Positions 40,196 to 52,448 are shown, counted from the first letter of the stretch. The stretch: 64,000 bases of DNA from Candidatus Poribacteria bacterium (GCA_964291315.2 OZ219751.1:56896-120895), one strand, 5' to 3'. The notes: generated from the letters alone by a model not told the origin. Numbers and translations: made by a program.

Positions 40196-42313
40196 GTGGC
40201 GGATAAAAAACAAAATACCCCACAGCGCTTGGAATTACCCCACATGCGAAACATCGGCATCATGGCGCATATTGATGCCGGGAAAACTACCGTGACTGAG
40301 CGGATCCTGTATTATACCGGTAGAGTTTATCGTATTGGTGATGTGGACGACGGCACCACCACCATGGACTGGATGGTCCAAGAGCAGGAACGCGGAATCA
40401 CAATCACTGCCGCTGCAACAACCTGCCAGTGGAAAAAACACCAAATTAACATTATCGATACCCCGGGGCATATTGACTTTACTGTCGAAGTCGAACGTTC
40501 ACTGCGTGTCCTCGACGGGGCAGTCGCCGTTTTCTGCGCAGTCGGCGGGGTCGAACCGCAATCTGAAACTGTCTGGAGACAGGCAGATAAATACGACATA
40601 CCTAGAATCGCCTTTGTTAATAAAATGGATCGAACCGGGGCAGATTTCTTCCGCACTATTGAAATGATGGAAGAGCGCCTGGGGGCCAACCCCATTCCGG
40701 TACAATTGCCTATCGGCTCAGCAGAACAATTCACTGGCATTGTTGACCTCATCTCAATGAAAGGACAAATCTGGAACGTATCTACAACCTCCGGACACGA
40801 CGGAAGTCTCGTCCAAGAAACCGACATTCCAGAAGAAATGCAGGAGATGGTCCATGAGTATCGTGAACGGATCCTCGAGTCTATTGCTGATACCGACGAA
40901 GAACTCTTTCACAAATACTTAGACGGTATTGAAATTTCACCAGAAGAAATTAAAGTAGGACTTCGTAATGGCGTGATCGCAGGCACAATTGTCCCTGTGC
41001 TCTGCGGGACAGCACTAAAAAATAAAGGTGTCCAACCGCTCTTGGACGCTATTGTTTCTTACCTTCCAGCTCCTACAGATGTCCCTGCTGTCATCGGTCT
41101 CAATCCACAGACACAGGAACAGGAGATACGGGAACCCAATGAAAATGATTCTTTCTGTGCACTAGCGTTCAAAATTACAACAGATCCGCACGTTGGAAAA
41201 CTCACTTACCTCCGTGTGTATTCGGGTGTTCTTCAGAAAGGTAATACGGTCTACAACAGTAAGACCGGCAAGCATGAACGGGTTGGACGTTTGATGAAAA
41301 TGCACGCGAATAAACGTGAAGAACATCAAGCCGTTTATGCAGGCGACATCATCGCAGCTATCGGGTTTAAAGACCTTTCAACTGGCGATACACTCTGTGA
41401 TCCGAAGGCGCATATCGCATTAGAAACAATGGTATTTCCGAGACCTGTAATGTCTATTGCTGTTGAACCTCGCACACAATCCGATATTGATAAGTTGAAT
41501 CTCGCCCTCTCAAAACTTGCAGAAGAAGATCCTACTTTTAAGGTACATCAAGATCCAGAAACAGGACAGACCTTGCTTTCCGGAATGGGTGAGCTTCACT
41601 TAGAAATCATCGTTGATAGACTTGTGCGCGAGTTTAATGTTTCAGCAAATGTTGGTAACCCAGAAGTCGCCTATCGAGAAACGATTCTTGACTCGGTTAC
41701 GTCTGTTGGCCGTTTCGTGCGTCAATCCGGTGGTAGAGGCCAATTCGGGCACGTTGTCATTGAAGTAGAACCTCTCGAAAAGGGGACCGGGTTTGAATTC
41801 ATCGATGAAACAAAGGGCGGAGTTATTCCACAAGAGTACATTCCAGCGGTGCAAAAAGGAATTGAAAGCGCTATGAATGCCGGAGTCCTTGCAGGTTATC
41901 CGGTGGTTGACCTATTTGTGAAGCTCGTTGATGGATCGCATCACCCTGTCGATTCCTCGGAAATGGCGTTCTCTATAGCGGGATCTATGGCTCTCAAAGA
42001 CGCAATGAAACGCGCTACGCCGACACTTCTCGAACCGATTATGAATGTTGAAGTGATCGTCCCTGACGAATATCTTGGCAAGGTCATCGGCGATCTAAAT
42101 GCCCGACGCGCGCAGATACGTGAAACGGAAGTGCAAGGAAAATCTCGCATTCAAGTCATTCGTTCTGATGTGCCACTTTCGGAAATGTTTGGTTACGTCA
42201 AAATACTTAGATCACTCACACAGGGTAGAGCTAACTACTCTATGGAATTTTCACATTATAACGAAGTCCCTGCCAGTGTAATGGAGGACTTAATTTCAGC
42301 AGGAAAATGTTAA
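40196..42313 (+). CDS. fusA: Elongation factor G
   Basis: [40 protein letters not shown]. Confidence 0.98.
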   Translation: MADKKQNTPQRLELPHMRNIGIMAHIDAGKTTVTERILYYTGRVYRIGDVDDGTTTMDWMVQEQERGITITAAATTCQWKKHQINIIDTPGHIDFTVEVERSLRVLDGAVAVFCAVGGVEPQSETVWRQADKYDIPRIAFVNKMDRTGADFFRTIEMMEERLGANPIPVQLPIGSAEQFTGIVDLISMKGQIWNVSTTSGHDGSLVQETDIPEEMQEMVHEYRERILESIADTDEELFHKYLDGIEISPEEIKVGLRNGVIAGTIVPVLCGTALKNKGVQPLLDAIVSYLPAPTDVPAVIGLNPQTQEQEIREPNENDSFCALAFKITTDPHVGKLTYLRVYSGVLQKGNTVYNSKTGKHERVGRLMKMHANKREEHQAVYAGDIIAAIGFKDLSTGDTLCDPKAHIALETMVFPRPVMSIAVEPRTQSDIDKLNLALSKLAEEDPTFKVHQDPETGQTLLSGMGELHLEIIVDRLVREFNVSANVGNPEVAYRETILDSVTSVGRFVRQSGGRGQFGHVVIEVEPLEKGTGFEFIDETKGGVIPQEYIPAVQKGIESAMNAGVLAGYPVVDLFVKLVDGSHHPVDSSEMAFSIAGSMALKDAMKRATPTLLEPIMNVEVIVPDEYLGKVIGDLNARRAQIRETEVQGKSRIQVIRSDVPLSEMFGYVKILRSLTQGRANYSMEFSHYNEVPASVMEDLISAGKC

Positions 42314-42532
42314 CTATTTGTGATGTGCCTGAATTGTAGAAGCTTAATCTCTTCCTATAAGCAGGTACTCTATTGATTAAATGAAACGGATTGCCGGATG
42401 CCAGCGCGTTTAGCAATCTTATAGAAACGGGATACGCAGTTTTAAGACAAAATTGCACATCTATAGTGAAAGTACTGAAAACCGCGTCTACGATACCCGA
42501 AATAACACAATTTTATTGGAGCTCGGACAAAA

Positions 42533-43741
42533 ATGGCTAAGGAAACGTTTGAAAGGACTAAGCCACACGTTAATATTGGAACAATCGGACACGTTGACCA
42601 TGGTAAAACAACTCTCACCGCGGCGATTACCATGGTGCTCTCTAAGCTTGCCAACGAAGATTACGTCATGGAGTATGACGAAATCGACAAGGCACCTGAA
42701 GAAAAAGAGCGTGGTATTACGATTAATACTGCACATGTAGAGTACGAAACTGAAAATCGGCACTATGCTCACGTCGATTGTCCAGGACACGCTGATTATA
42801 TCAAAAACATGATTACAGGAGCAGCACAGATGGACGGGGCAATCCTTGTTGTCTCTGCTGCTGATGGCCCCATGCCACAAACCCGTGAGCACGTACTACT
42901 CGCCCGACAAGTGAACGTACCATCCCTCGTTGTCTACCTGAATAAGGCGGATATGGTTGATGACGAAGAACTACTTGAACTTGTTGAGCTTGAGGTCCGT
43001 GAATTGCTAAGTGACTATGAGTTCCCTGGTGATGATATTCCTATTATCACAGGATCCGCCCTTCAAGCCTATGAAGAGATGGAGGGCAGCGGCGATCCCA
43101 ATAGCGACGCATGCACATCGATCCGTGAACTCATGCAAGCCGTCGATGATTACATTCCGGAACCTGTACGGGACATAGAAAAACCGTTCTTGATGCCGAT
43201 CGAAGATATCTTCACGATTAGTGGACGCGGGACAGTTGTCACAGGACGCGTTGAACGGGGCATTGTTGAAGTTGGAAACTCCGTTGAAATTGTAGGACTC
43301 CGTGAAACGCAGAATACAGTCGTCACAGGGGTTGAAATGTTCCGTAAACTCCTCAACGAGGGACGCGCCGGAGACAATATTGGAGCCTTGATCCGCGGGG
43401 TTGACCGCAATGAAGTCGAACGCGGTCAAGTATTAGCTGTTCCAGGAACCGTTCAACCGCATACGAAATTTGAGGCCGAAGCTTACATTCTTACAAAAAA
43501 TGAAGGTGGACGCCACAACCCGTTCTTTAGCGGATACCGCCCACAGTTCTATTTTAGAACAACGGATGTAACCGGACAAATGGAATTGCCTGAAGGCATC
43601 GAAATGATTATGCCCGGCGACAACGCAAAGATTACCGTTGAATTGTCTAAACCTATTGCGATGGAGGAGCAGCTCCGATTTGCAATTCGAGAAGGTGGAC
43701 AGACAATCGGGGCCGGCGTTGTCTCCAAAATTCTTGAGTAA
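42533..43741 (+). CDS. tuf: Elongation factor Tu
   Basis: [27 protein letters not shown]. Confidence 0.99.
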   Translation: MAKETFERTKPHVNIGTIGHVDHGKTTLTAAITMVLSKLANEDYVMEYDEIDKAPEEKERGITINTAHVEYETENRHYAHVDCPGHADYIKNMITGAAQMDGAILVVSAADGPMPQTREHVLLARQVNVPSLVVYLNKADMVDDEELLELVELEVRELLSDYEFPGDDIPIITGSALQAYEEMEGSGDPNSDACTSIRELMQAVDDYIPEPVRDIEKPFLMPIEDIFTISGRGTVVTGRVERGIVEVGNSVEIVGLRETQNTVVTGVEMFRKLLNEGRAGDNIGALIRGVDRNEVERGQVLAVPGTVQPHTKFEAEAYILTKNEGGRHNPFFSGYRPQFYFRTTDVTGQMELPEGIEMIMPGDNAKITVELSKPIAMEEQLRFAIREGGQTIGAGVVSKILE

Positions 43742-43787
43742 TAAATTTGGGCAGAACGACAGCTCTGCCTTTTTAAAGCGTCAGCGA

Positions 43788-43917
43788 AATAGCTGTCAGC
43801 TGCCGACTCTCAACAAAGAAGAATAATAGAAACTCATAGACTTTTAGGGTTTCAACCAATTTTAACTAGGCGTTGAATAGTCTGCAAAGCAAACTGACCT
43901 GATTGCTGACCGCTATT
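43788..43917. repeat. Heptamer-armed intergenic element (tuf-rpsJ)
   Basis: Terminal inverted repeat AATAGCTGTCAGC / GCTGACCGCTATT (12 of 13 match). Confidence 0.65.
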
Positions 43918-43943
43918 CTACTTTGTGAAGGCAATACTAAAAG

Positions 43944-44255
43944 ATGGACAATCAAAAAATTCGGATCCGGCTCAGGGCATTTGATTATCGGCTACTAGAC
44001 CTATGGTCAAAACAGATAGCTGATACAGCAAAACATACAGGTGCAGCGGTTTCTGGCCCGATTCCATTGCCGACAAAAAAGCATCTCTATACTGTTCAAC
44101 GTTCGACGTTTAAAGACAAAAAGTCGCGCGAACAGTTTGAGATGCGTATCCATAAACGTCTACTGGATATCTCACAGACAACTCCGAAAACTATTGATAA
44201 CCTGATGGGGTTGGACCTGCCGGCGGGGGTCGATGTCAAGATTACGTTGTTGTAA
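43944..44255 (+). CDS. rpsJ: 30S ribosomal protein uS10
   Basis: KIRIRL, GPIPLPT, SREQFE, LPAGV. Confidence 0.98.
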   Translation: MDNQKIRIRLRAFDYRLLDLWSKQIADTAKHTGAAVSGPIPLPTKKHLYTVQRSTFKDKKSREQFEMRIHKRLLDISQTTPKTIDNLMGLDLPAGVDVKITLL

Positions 44256-44287
44256 GCGGGTCTTGGCTGTTGTGGAGAGCAAGAAAA

Positions 44288-44929
44288 ATGATTAATGGAA
44301 TTATAGGCCGCAAAGTCGGCATGACTCAAATCTTTGAGGAGTCAGGAAAAGCGATACCGGTCACTGTTATCCAAGCAGGCCCCTGTTCTGTCGTTCAGCT
44401 TAAAACGAAAGAAAGGGACGGTTACCAAGCAGTTCAACTGGCGTTCGGCGAACAAAAAGAGAGCCGTACGAATCGGCCCAAACGAGGACATTTCGCGAAG
44501 GCTGGCGTGGACCCCGCGTTCATCCTGCGGGAATTTCGGGTCCAGAGCCTCGAAAATGTTTCTATAGGTAAAGTCGTTGATGCAGGTATCTTTTTAGTCG
44601 GAGAGTCTGTTGATGTAACGGGAACCTCAAAAGGACGTGGGTTCACAGGGGTCGTGAAGCGATGGGGATTCTCTGGTGGGAAGAAAAGCCACGGTGGCGA
44701 GCAAGACTTACGTCGCCCTGGTTCCATTGGTGCAAGTGCAACACCATCTCGTGTTTTTAAAGGGAAACGCATGGCAGGTCGATACGGGGGCAAACGACAT
44801 ACTGTCCAAAACCTATCTGTGATTCAAGCCGACGCTGATCTCAACTTATTGGTCGTAAAAGGGGCTGTTCCTGGCCCACCTAACGGCCTCCTTCTAATTA
44901 AAAAGGCATCTAAAGCACTGAGCACATAG
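44288..44929 (+). CDS. rplC: 50S ribosomal protein uL3
   Basis: [26 protein letters not shown]. Confidence 0.97.
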   Translation: MINGIIGRKVGMTQIFEESGKAIPVTVIQAGPCSVVQLKTKERDGYQAVQLAFGEQKESRTNRPKRGHFAKAGVDPAFILREFRVQSLENVSIGKVVDAGIFLVGESVDVTGTSKGRGFTGVVKRWGFSGGKKSHGGEQDLRRPGSIGASATPSRVFKGKRMAGRYGGKRHTVQNLSVIQADADLNLLVVKGAVPGPPNGLLLIKKASKALST

Positions 44930-44981
44930 GCCAGCAATTACAATTATCGAATGATTGCCGAAAGGAAACAAACACACAAAC

Positions 44982-45629
44982 ATGTCAACTTTAGACGTAC
45001 ACAGCAGGTCCGGGGAGGTCCTTCGAGAAAGAGAATTAGCAAATGTGTTTACCTCAGCATCGGTAAACGCCCCTGTTATTCACCAGTGTGTTGTTGCCTA
45101 CCTCGCCAACCAGCGGCAAGGCACAGCATCAACAAAAACTCGGAGTGACGTGAAAGGCTCTGGGAAAAAACTCTATCGCCAAAAGGGAACGGGGAGAGCC
45201 CGAGTCGGACACGCGAAATCTCCCCATCGAGTTCACGGCGGTGTAGCATTCGGACCCAAACCCCGAAGTTACCGACAGTATACCCCGAAACGAGTCCGAC
45301 ACCTTGGACTCCACAGCGCACTCACAGATAGATTCCAGAATCAGCAGTGTATTCTTGTTGAAGATTTTACACTCGACCGACCCCGCACGAAAGACATGGT
45401 TCGCATGCTAAAATCTGTAAACGCACAAGGGAAGGTGTTGATCATACTTGATGAACCTAATGAGAATATTCATTTGTCTGCAAGGAACATTCCTCAAGTC
45501 AATACCTGTACTTGGAATACGCTGAATACTTATCAAGTTATGTGGCATGACACATTAGTGATCACCGAGAAAGCTGTTGAAAAATTGGAATCTAAATTCG
45601 TTAACATAGATTCTGAGCCAAAAGGATAA
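44982..45629 (+). CDS. rplD: 50S ribosomal protein uL4
   Basis: RQGTASTK, RQKGTGRAR, GG.AFGPKPR; start uncertain. Confidence 0.96.
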   Translation: MSTLDVHSRSGEVLRERELANVFTSASVNAPVIHQCVVAYLANQRQGTASTKTRSDVKGSGKKLYRQKGTGRARVGHAKSPHRVHGGVAFGPKPRSYRQYTPKRVRHLGLHSALTDRFQNQQCILVEDFTLDRPRTKDMVRMLKSVNAQGKVLIILDEPNENIHLSARNIPQVNTCTWNTLNTYQVMWHDTLVITEKAVEKLESKFVNIDSEPKG

Positions 45630-45638
45630 GATTCACTC

Positions 45639-45938
45639 ATGAAGGATGTATATCAGGTTATATTACAACCGCTGATTACAGAGAAAAGCACGGTTCTTCG
45701 CGAATCTAATAAGTATGTTTTTGTGGTAGATCGAAACGCAACCAAACCTCAGATTCGTCGAGCGGCAGAAGAATTGTTCGATATTCAAGGAGATATCCTC
45801 AAAATTCGCACAATGCACGTTAGAGGCAAACCTAAAGGCAAGATGTTGCGTTATCAACGTGGGCGTAGATCACATTGGAAAAAAGCCATTATTACGCTAA
45901 GAGAAGGCGCAACTATCCAGGCCTTTGAATCTATATAG
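45639..45938 (+). CDS. rplW: 50S ribosomal protein uL23
   Basis: PLITEKS, WKKAIITL. Confidence 0.96.
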   Translation: MKDVYQVILQPLITEKSTVLRESNKYVFVVDRNATKPQIRRAAEELFDIQGDILKIRTMHVRGKPKGKMLRYQRGRRSHWKKAIITLREGATIQAFESI

Positions 45939-45961
45939 TATAAGCAAATAAGGAACTCACA

Positions 45962-46777
45962 GTGCCTAAGACATATTCACCCGTAACCCCAAGTCGCCGG
46001 TTTATGACCGGTTATACCTTTGAAGAGATTACTCGGAGCGAACCTGAAAAATCTCTCGTCAAAGGTAGCAAAAAGATGGCTGGGCGGAATACCAGCGGTC
46101 GTCTAACCGTGAGGCGCCGCGGCGGTGGTCACAAACGCCGGTATCGGATCATTGATTTCAAACGCGATAAGTTTGGCATTCCGGCGAAAGTTGCTGCCAT
46201 CGAATACGATCCAAACCGCTCCGCGCACATAGCTCTTCTTCATTATCTTGATGGAGAAAAACGATATATTCTTGCACCCGTCGGCATCCAGGTTGGTGAC
46301 GTGCTAAACTCGGGGGCAGACGCAGAGATCCGAGTTGGAAATGCGTTGCCACTTGAAAAGATTCCGCTCGGTTCTTCAATCCATAATATAGAAATGAAGC
46401 CCGGTAAAGGTGGACAATTGGTTCGGAGTGCAGGTGCTGCCGCTTCTTTGGTCGACAGGGAAGGGAAGTACGCGCGCATTCAACTACCCTCTGGCGAGAT
46501 CCGACTCGTCCCAGCGCAAGCAATGGCAACTCTCGGTCAGGTCGGCAACGTTAGCCAAGTTGTTATTGGCAAAGCTGGACGTTCAAGATGGCTCGGCAAA
46601 CGTCCAAAAGTCAGAGGTGTGGCGATGAACCCAATCGATCACCCACATGGTGGCGGTGAGGGTAAAAGTTCCGGTGGTAGACATCCTGTCACTCCGTGGG
46701 GTTTTCCCACTAAGGGATATAAAACTCGGAACCCGAAAAAGAAATCAGGACGTTACATTTTCGGAAAACGTAAATAG
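45962..46777 (+). CDS. rplB: 50S ribosomal protein uL2
   Basis: [26 protein letters not shown]. Confidence 0.98.
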   Translation: MPKTYSPVTPSRRFMTGYTFEEITRSEPEKSLVKGSKKMAGRNTSGRLTVRRRGGGHKRRYRIIDFKRDKFGIPAKVAAIEYDPNRSAHIALLHYLDGEKRYILAPVGIQVGDVLNSGADAEIRVGNALPLEKIPLGSSIHNIEMKPGKGGQLVRSAGAAASLVDREGKYARIQLPSGEIRLVPAQAMATLGQVGNVSQVVIGKAGRSRWLGKRPKVRGVAMNPIDHPHGGGEGKSSGGRHPVTPWGFPTKGYKTRNPKKKSGRYIFGKRK

Positions 46778-46796
46778 CGAATAAAGGAGAAACATA

Positions 46797-47063
46797 ATGG
46801 CGCGTTCTCTCAAAAAAGGTCCTTACATAGACCCTAAACTTGTCAAAAAAATTGATGCTATGGAGCGTTCTGGCAGCAAGCGGGTTATTCGTACATGGTC
46901 CCGCCGGTCAATGATAACTCCTGAGTTAGTAGGGCATACCTTGGCGATTTACAACGGGAAGAAATTTTTCCCTGTGTATATTACAGAAAATATGGTAGGA
47001 CACAAACTCGGTGAATTCTCGCCGACGCGGACCTTCCGTTCTCATTCAGGTGGTGGCAGATAG
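46797..47063 (+). CDS. rpsS: 30S ribosomal protein uS19
   Basis: [20 protein letters not shown]. Confidence 0.98.
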   Translation: MARSLKKGPYIDPKLVKKIDAMERSGSKRVIRTWSRRSMITPELVGHTLAIYNGKKFFPVYITENMVGHKLGEFSPTRTFRSHSGGGR

Positions 47064-47223
47064 CTTTTGACGATTCGGTCTGAGCAGTATTCTCGATAGC
47101 CCTGCCACCTCGAAGTTGTTAAGGTGCCTTTTTTCAATTATGAAACGTTTCTTGACAATCGGAGACCTAGAATCAGATTTAATCGCTAAAAATTTAGAAA
47201 CTTGCTTTTGTTAGGAGACACTG

Positions 47224-47577
47224 ATGGAAGCCATATCTAGGATTAGGAACGCATCGGTTGCGCCGCGGAAAGCACGCTTGGTAGCCGATCTTGTCCGCAA
47301 TCAATACGTTGTGGATGCTTTAAGCCAACTACGTTTTACGCATAAAACTGCATCACCCATAATTTACAAACTGATTCAGTCAGCCGCTGCCAACGCACAA
47401 TATCAAAACCCAAGCATTGATATCGCAGAATTATACATCAAAAAGATTCAAGTTGATGAAGGGGTTACACGAAAGTGGATACGACCGCGTGCACGCGGAA
47501 TGGCGAATAGAATTCTAAAACGTAGCAGCCACATCACTGTCATCGTCGATGAGGAGAGTACTGAGAATGGTGAGTAA
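47224..47577 (+). CDS. rplV: 50S ribosomal protein uL22
   Basis: PRKARLVADL, SAAANA, PRARG, SHITV. Confidence 0.96.
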   Translation: MEAISRIRNASVAPRKARLVADLVRNQYVVDALSQLRFTHKTASPIIYKLIQSAAANAQYQNPSIDIAELYIKKIQVDEGVTRKWIRPRARGMANRILKRSSHITVIVDEESTENGE

Positions 47578-47661
47578 CAGCATGTACATTTGTACACTAC
47601 TAACCGCGAAGCAGCTCAATCTTCACGACGCAAATCAGAAAGAACCTGATAGGAGGTTTGT

Positions 47662-48537
47662 GTGGGACAAAAAACTCATCCGCGTGGATTCCGCTTAGGA
47701 ATCATTGAGACATGGGATTCGAAGTGGTACAGCGATCGGGATTACGCCAAATGGCTCCATGAGGATCTTCGGATTCAGGAGTTCGTCAAAAAGCAACTAG
47801 CACGCGCCGGGATTTCGCGCGTCGAAGTTGAGCGCGTGGCAGACCGTTGTAGTATTAATATCCATACCGCCCGCCCAGGTATCGTCATCGGCCGCCGTGG
47901 AGCAGAAACTGAAAAATTACAAGAAGCACTCCAGAAACACGTTGGATGTCCAGTGCAAATTAATGTATCAGAGATTAGGGCACCTGAACTAGATGCCCAA
48001 CTTGTGTCGGAAGCCGTCGCAACTCAAATAGAACGCCGCGCGAGCTTTAAACGGGTAATGCGGCAGAATATCACAAGTTCAATGCAATCTGGCGCGTTGG
48101 GCGTTAAAATCATGGTGAGTGGTAGATTAGACGGCAAGGAGATCGCACGCTCCGAATCCAGCCTTGAAGGACGAGTACCTCTTCATACCCTCAGGGCTGA
48201 TGTTGACTATGGGTTTACCGAGGCGGATACAACATACGGTAAAATAGGGGTCAAAACATGGATCTTCAAGGGCGAAATTATTGGGGTTCCAGATAAGTTA
48301 AAAGGCGAATCGGCTCCGCGGCGTCAATCCGGGCAGCGCGAAAATGCTAGATCTCAACGTTCAGCTCGGCGCCAATCGGATAGACGTTCTAGGCAATCTA
48401 GACAACAACAAGGCAGAGGACAAGGTTCAGCTCGGCGCCAATCAGATGGACCTTCTAGACAATCCAGACAGCGAGGCAGAGGGAGAGATCGGCCCCGACA
48501 ACGTCGAGACCGTAGCAACTCCGAAAATAGTTCATAG
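47662..48537 (+). CDS. rpsC: 30S ribosomal protein uS3 with Arg-rich repeated C-terminal tail
   Basis: MGQKTHP.GFRLG, RPGIVIG, PLHTLRA. Confidence 0.97.
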   Translation: MGQKTHPRGFRLGIIETWDSKWYSDRDYAKWLHEDLRIQEFVKKQLARAGISRVEVERVADRCSINIHTARPGIVIGRRGAETEKLQEALQKHVGCPVQINVSEIRAPELDAQLVSEAVATQIERRASFKRVMRQNITSSMQSGALGVKIMVSGRLDGKEIARSESSLEGRVPLHTLRADVDYGFTEADTTYGKIGVKTWIFKGEIIGVPDKLKGESAPRRQSGQRENARSQRSARRQSDRRSRQSRQQQGRGQGSARRQSDGPSRQSRQRGRGRDRPRQRRDRSNSENSS

Positions 48538-48580
48538 CGCCGCTAACATATTTTATTTTAAGGAGGCATGTAAGGTGTTA

Positions 48581-48988
48581 ATGCCCAAACGTGTAATGCA
48601 CCGAAATGTGCATCGCGGAAAACGCCGTGGGAAACCGGTCCGAGGTTCTAAAATTAACTTCGGCGAATATGGATTACAAGCAATGGAAGCTGGTTGGATT
48701 ACAAGCAATCAAATCGAATCCGCTCGCGTCGCTATTACACGCTATGTACGCCGTGGAGGCAAACTTTGGATCAAAATTTTCCCCCACAAGCCGGTTAGTA
48801 AAAAACCTGCTGAAACCCGCATGGGGAGTGGCAAAAAAGGTCCTCCTGAATTTTGGGTTGCTGTCGTCAAACCCGGCAGAATCCTTTATGAGCTGAGCGG
48901 GGTTTCACTTGAAGATGCAAAAGGGGCGTTTGAACGAGCTGCCCATAAATTGCCAATCAAGACTAAATTTGTCGCACGGAATGATTAA
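48581..48988 (+). CDS. rplP: 50S ribosomal protein uL16
   Basis: [23 protein letters not shown]. Confidence 0.97.
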   Translation: MPKRVMHRNVHRGKRRGKPVRGSKINFGEYGLQAMEAGWITSNQIESARVAITRYVRRGGKLWIKIFPHKPVSKKPAETRMGSGKKGPPEFWVAVVKPGRILYELSGVSLEDAKGAFERAAHKLPIKTKFVARND

Positions 48989-49072
48989 TTTCGTCCATAA
49001 CTCCAGTTGGAGAAAATAACCAGGGCATACTCACCTTGGTAACTTCGACAACACTTAAGGAGAATCGGAAAA

Positions 49073-49261
49073 ATGAAGGCGGATGAACTACGAAGTCAGA
49101 CAACTGAGGAATTGGAAAGTCAACTACGCTCCCTCAAAGAGATGTTGTTTAACCAGAAATTCCGAAGCGTCTTAGGACAACAAGAGGACACAACACGTAT
49201 CGGTAAAATTCGCAAGGACATCGCACGTGTGAAAACTGTCCTACGAGGACGCTCACAGTAG
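49073..49261 (+). CDS. rpmC: 50S ribosomal protein uL29
   Basis: MKADELR, RKDIARVKT. Confidence 0.95.
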   Translation: MKADELRSQTTEELESQLRSLKEMLFNQKFRSVLGQQEDTTRIGKIRKDIARVKTVLRGRSQ

Positions 49262-49315
49262 GTTGGCTCCTGGCTGCAGATCGTTGGAAATCGATGGCTA
49301 ATTTGGAGGATAAAG

Positions 49316-49591
49316 TTGAACGAGGAAAGGCGAAGACATCGCAAATTCCGGACAGGGCTTGTTACGAGCAACAGTATGAACAAAACTGTCACAGTTTCAC
49401 TTGTACGGCGGTATCAACACCCCCTTTACAAAAAGGTAGTTCGGAGAACGAAGAAAATTCTAGCTCACGATGAACAGAATAGTTGTAATGTCGGTGACGT
49501 GGTACAGGTTATCGAAACCCGACCGCTCAGCCGTCATAAACGATGGCGGGTTCAAACGATAGTGAGCTCGGTACAGCCCGCAGGTGATTAA
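49316..49591 (+). CDS. rpsQ: 30S ribosomal protein uS17
   Basis: M.KTVTV, HPLYKK, AHDE, ETRPLS..KRW. Confidence 0.96.
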   Translation: MNEERRRHRKFRTGLVTSNSMNKTVTVSLVRRYQHPLYKKVVRRTKKILAHDEQNSCNVGDVVQVIETRPLSRHKRWRVQTIVSSVQPAGD

Positions 49592-49742
49592 GTACCGCTA
49601 CAACCAGCGGACATCGTTTCTACCGCAGGTATGGAGCAAATCCTCCAACAGCAGCGGTTTGGTACTTGAAAAGGAAAGGTTTCATCCCTACTCTAACGTT
49701 TCCAAAACTAACAATTTTGAAACGCTAGAGGAGAATACAAAA

Positions 49743-50111
49743 ATGGTTCAATCATACACTCGATTAACCTGTGCCGATAATACTGGCGCGAGAAAATTAA
49801 TGTGCATTAGTGTGTTAGGGGGAACCCGGCGCCGTTATGCCCGGGTAGGCGATGTGATTGTCGCAAGCATTAAGGAAGCAGCCCCTAATACATCGGTGAA
49901 AGCTGGGGAAGTTGTCCGCGCAGTTGTGGTCCGCACTACCAAAGAATATCGACGCACCGACGGTTCTTATATCAAATTTGACCAGAATGCAGCGGTCCTC
50001 ATTGATCCGCAGAACCAACCGCGTGGAACACGTATCTTCGGACCCGTCGCACGCGAACTCAGAGAAAAGGCGTTTACCCGAATTGTCTCGCTCGCCCCTG
50101 AGGTTATCTAG
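49743..50111 (+). CDS. rplN: 50S ribosomal protein uL14
   Basis: [27 protein letters not shown]. Confidence 0.98.
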   Translation: MVQSYTRLTCADNTGARKLMCISVLGGTRRRYARVGDVIVASIKEAAPNTSVKAGEVVRAVVVRTTKEYRRTDGSYIKFDQNAAVLIDPQNQPRGTRIFGPVARELREKAFTRIVSLAPEVI

Positions 50112-50121
50112 GAGGACAATT

Positions 50122-50355
50122 ATGGCACGACGAAAACTGCATATCAAAAAAGATGATACAGTCGTAGTTCTCAGCGGGCAAGACCGTGGAAAACAAGGGG
50201 TCGTTTTAGAGGTGTTCCCTGAGAAACAGCGAGCTGTTGTTGAAGGTATTCACATTGTTATACGCCACCTCCGGCCGAATCAGATGGGGCAAGGTGGGGT
50301 TGTTGAACGTGAAGGGACTATTCATATTTCCAACCTTAAAAAGGTTGATGCTTAA
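50122..50355 (+). CDS. rplX: 50S ribosomal protein uL24 (short, 77 aa)
   Basis: [27 protein letters not shown]. Confidence 0.93.
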   Translation: MARRKLHIKKDDTVVVLSGQDRGKQGVVLEVFPEKQRAVVEGIHIVIRHLRPNQMGQGGVVEREGTIHISNLKKVDA

Positions 50356-50443
50356 GCCTACTAGAACGTTCAGATGCGCTGAACAAGGCGCACTTCCAAA
50401 GCGTTCTGTCCCCAATAGGCAGTTTCTATAGGATATTAGGCCC

Positions 50444-50983
50444 ATGAGCCCATTCAAAAAATTTTATCAAATGGAAGTCATGACTGCGTTGTTAAAGCAT
50501 TTTAATTATAAAAATGTAATGCAGATTCCCAAATTGGACAAAATCGCGCTCAATATTGGGGTCGGGGAGGCAATTCAGAACCCAAAAGCATTAGAAGATG
50601 CAGTCGAAGAATTGACGCTCATCGCAGGGCAACGCGCTATCATCACTCATGCCAAAAAATCTGTCTCCGCTTTTAAGGTGAGGGAGGGCATGGCAATCGG
50701 ATGTAAAGTTACCCTCAGACGTGAGCGCATGTATGAGTTCTACAATCGTCTTGTTAATATTGTTCTTCCGCAGATTCGTGATTTTCGTGGTGTATCGCCT
50801 GATGCTTTTGACGGTCGTGGGAATTATTCTATCGGGCTGACAGAGCAGCTCATTTTCCCAGAAATCAGTTACGATCGGGTTAACGATATTCGTGGGTTGA
50901 ATATAACTGTTGTTACGACTGCGTTAACGGATGAAGAGGGTCGTGAGTTGTTACGGTTGTTAGGAATGCCTTTCCGAAAGTAA
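50444..50983 (+). CDS. rplE: 50S ribosomal protein uL5
   Basis: [29 protein letters not shown]. Confidence 0.98.
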   Translation: MSPFKKFYQMEVMTALLKHFNYKNVMQIPKLDKIALNIGVGEAIQNPKALEDAVEELTLIAGQRAIITHAKKSVSAFKVREGMAIGCKVTLRRERMYEFYNRLVNIVLPQIRDFRGVSPDAFDGRGNYSIGLTEQLIFPEISYDRVNDIRGLNITVVTTALTDEEGRELLRLLGMPFRK

Positions 50984-51127
50984 TTTTTTGGCTAGGGGCG
51001 TCTCCAACCGTTCACCGTTGTTAACGATGATCTAAAATTGATTCAAAAATCTCTTTTAGGTTCCAAAGGGGGGCTAACGATTGGATATCTTCAATTCAGA
51101 ATCGTTAAACGAAAAGGAGCACCAAAA

Positions 51128-51313
51128 GTGGCAAGTAAATCATGGATTGCTAAACAGGCAAGAACCCCGCGGTTCCGAACACGACAATACAGCCGTTGCA
51201 AAAGCTGCGGCAGATCGCGCGGATATCTTCGTAAGTTTGCATTATGTCGTATCTGTTTTCGCCTCTTCGCCCGGGCCGGTAAAATACCCGGTGTTCGAAA
51301 GGCAAGTTGGTAG
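51128..51313 (+). CDS. rpsN: 30S ribosomal protein uS14, Zn-binding (C+) type
   Basis: [21 protein letters not shown]; 61 aa. Confidence 0.96.
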   Translation: MASKSWIAKQARTPRFRTRQYSRCKSCGRSRGYLRKFALCRICFRLFARAGKIPGVRKASW

Positions 51314-51315
51314 AG

Positions 51316-51416
51316 AATAGTCGCTAGCAGTCAGTTAAGTCGTGTCGCAGCTGCGGACTTTGTCCCTACCCCAAAATTTCTTCGCTAATGGCCGATAACT
51401 AACTCTGATAGCTATT
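51316..51416. repeat. Heptamer-armed intergenic element (rpsN-rpsH)
   Basis: AATAG..TAGCAGTCAGTTAAGTC ... CCGATAACT..CTGATAGCTATT. Confidence 0.6.
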
Positions 51417-51443
51417 ATGACAATGAAATAAGGAGAATCTTTC

Positions 51444-51845
51444 ATGTCAATGACCGATCCAATTGCAGATATGCTAACGCGTATCCGCAATGCCAATATG
51501 GCAAGGCATGAACGCGTTGAAATCCCCTCTTCAAAAATCAAACTTGAGATCACACGTATCTTGTCAGAAGAAGGTTTCATCCGAAACTATCGCTTAATTG
51601 AAGATGGAAAACAGGGGATTTTAAGAATCTATTTGAAATACGGAAATACGAAAAGAGAAAAGGTCATCACCAATCTTAGACGGATCAGCAAACCGGGCAG
51701 GCGCGTTTACGCTAAGTCCGACAGGCTACCCCGCGTTTATGGCGGACTTGGTATCGCTATTTTGTCGACATCCAAGGGACTGAAAACTACGCCTGAGTGC
51801 CGAAGCGAAAAAGTTGGAGGCGAGGTCCTCTGCTACGTCTGGTAA
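51444..51845 (+). CDS. rpsH: 30S ribosomal protein uS8
   Basis: [28 protein letters not shown]. Confidence 0.98.
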   Translation: MSMTDPIADMLTRIRNANMARHERVEIPSSKIKLEITRILSEEGFIRNYRLIEDGKQGILRIYLKYGNTKREKVITNLRRISKPGRRVYAKSDRLPRVYGGLGIAILSTSKGLKTTPECRSEKVGGEVLCYVW

Positions 51846-51881
51846 GATTTTTTGATGCCTCTCAGTGAGGTGGGAAATAGC

Positions 51882-52448
51882 ATGTCACGTATTGGACTCA
51901 AACCGATTCCAGTGCCGGACAAGGTACAGATCGCTTTAAACAAAACTAGTGTTCAAGTGGATGGGCCTAAAGGCAGCCTTAATTGGCAGCTACCCGCAGG
52001 GATCGATGTAACTCTTGACCAAAATGTCCTTACCGTCCAGCGGAAAAGTGAACTTAAACAGTATAAAGCCTTGCATGGATTGGCACGTAGTCTCATCGCT
52101 AACATGGTCACCGGTGTTTCGGAGGGCTTTGAGAAAAGACTGCGAGTCGTAGGTACAGGGTACCGCGCTGAAATCAACCGTGAGAACAATTTAATTCTTG
52201 ATGTCGGCTATTCGCATTCTGTTATCTACGTTCCACCTGGAGGGATAACACTAAGCGTTGAATCTTCCGAAAACATAGATGGACAGGCACATACACCTAT
52301 TATTGTTAAGGGGATTGACAAGCAGCTTGTTGGACAAGTGGCAGCTTCGATTCGTCAAGTCAAGAAACCCGAAACCTATAAGCCTTGTAAAGGCATCCGT
52401 TACGAGGGTGAGCGAGTCCGAGATAAGGAAGGAACAACTGCTAGTTAA
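51882..52448 (+). CDS. rplF: 50S ribosomal protein uL6
   Basis: MSRIG..PI, GPKG, NMV.GVSEGF, GIDKQLVGQ. Confidence 0.96.
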   Translation: MSRIGLKPIPVPDKVQIALNKTSVQVDGPKGSLNWQLPAGIDVTLDQNVLTVQRKSELKQYKALHGLARSLIANMVTGVSEGFEKRLRVVGTGYRAEINRENNLILDVGYSHSVIYVPPGGITLSVESSENIDGQAHTPIIVKGIDKQLVGQVAASIRQVKKPETYKPCKGIRYEGERVRDKEGTTAS

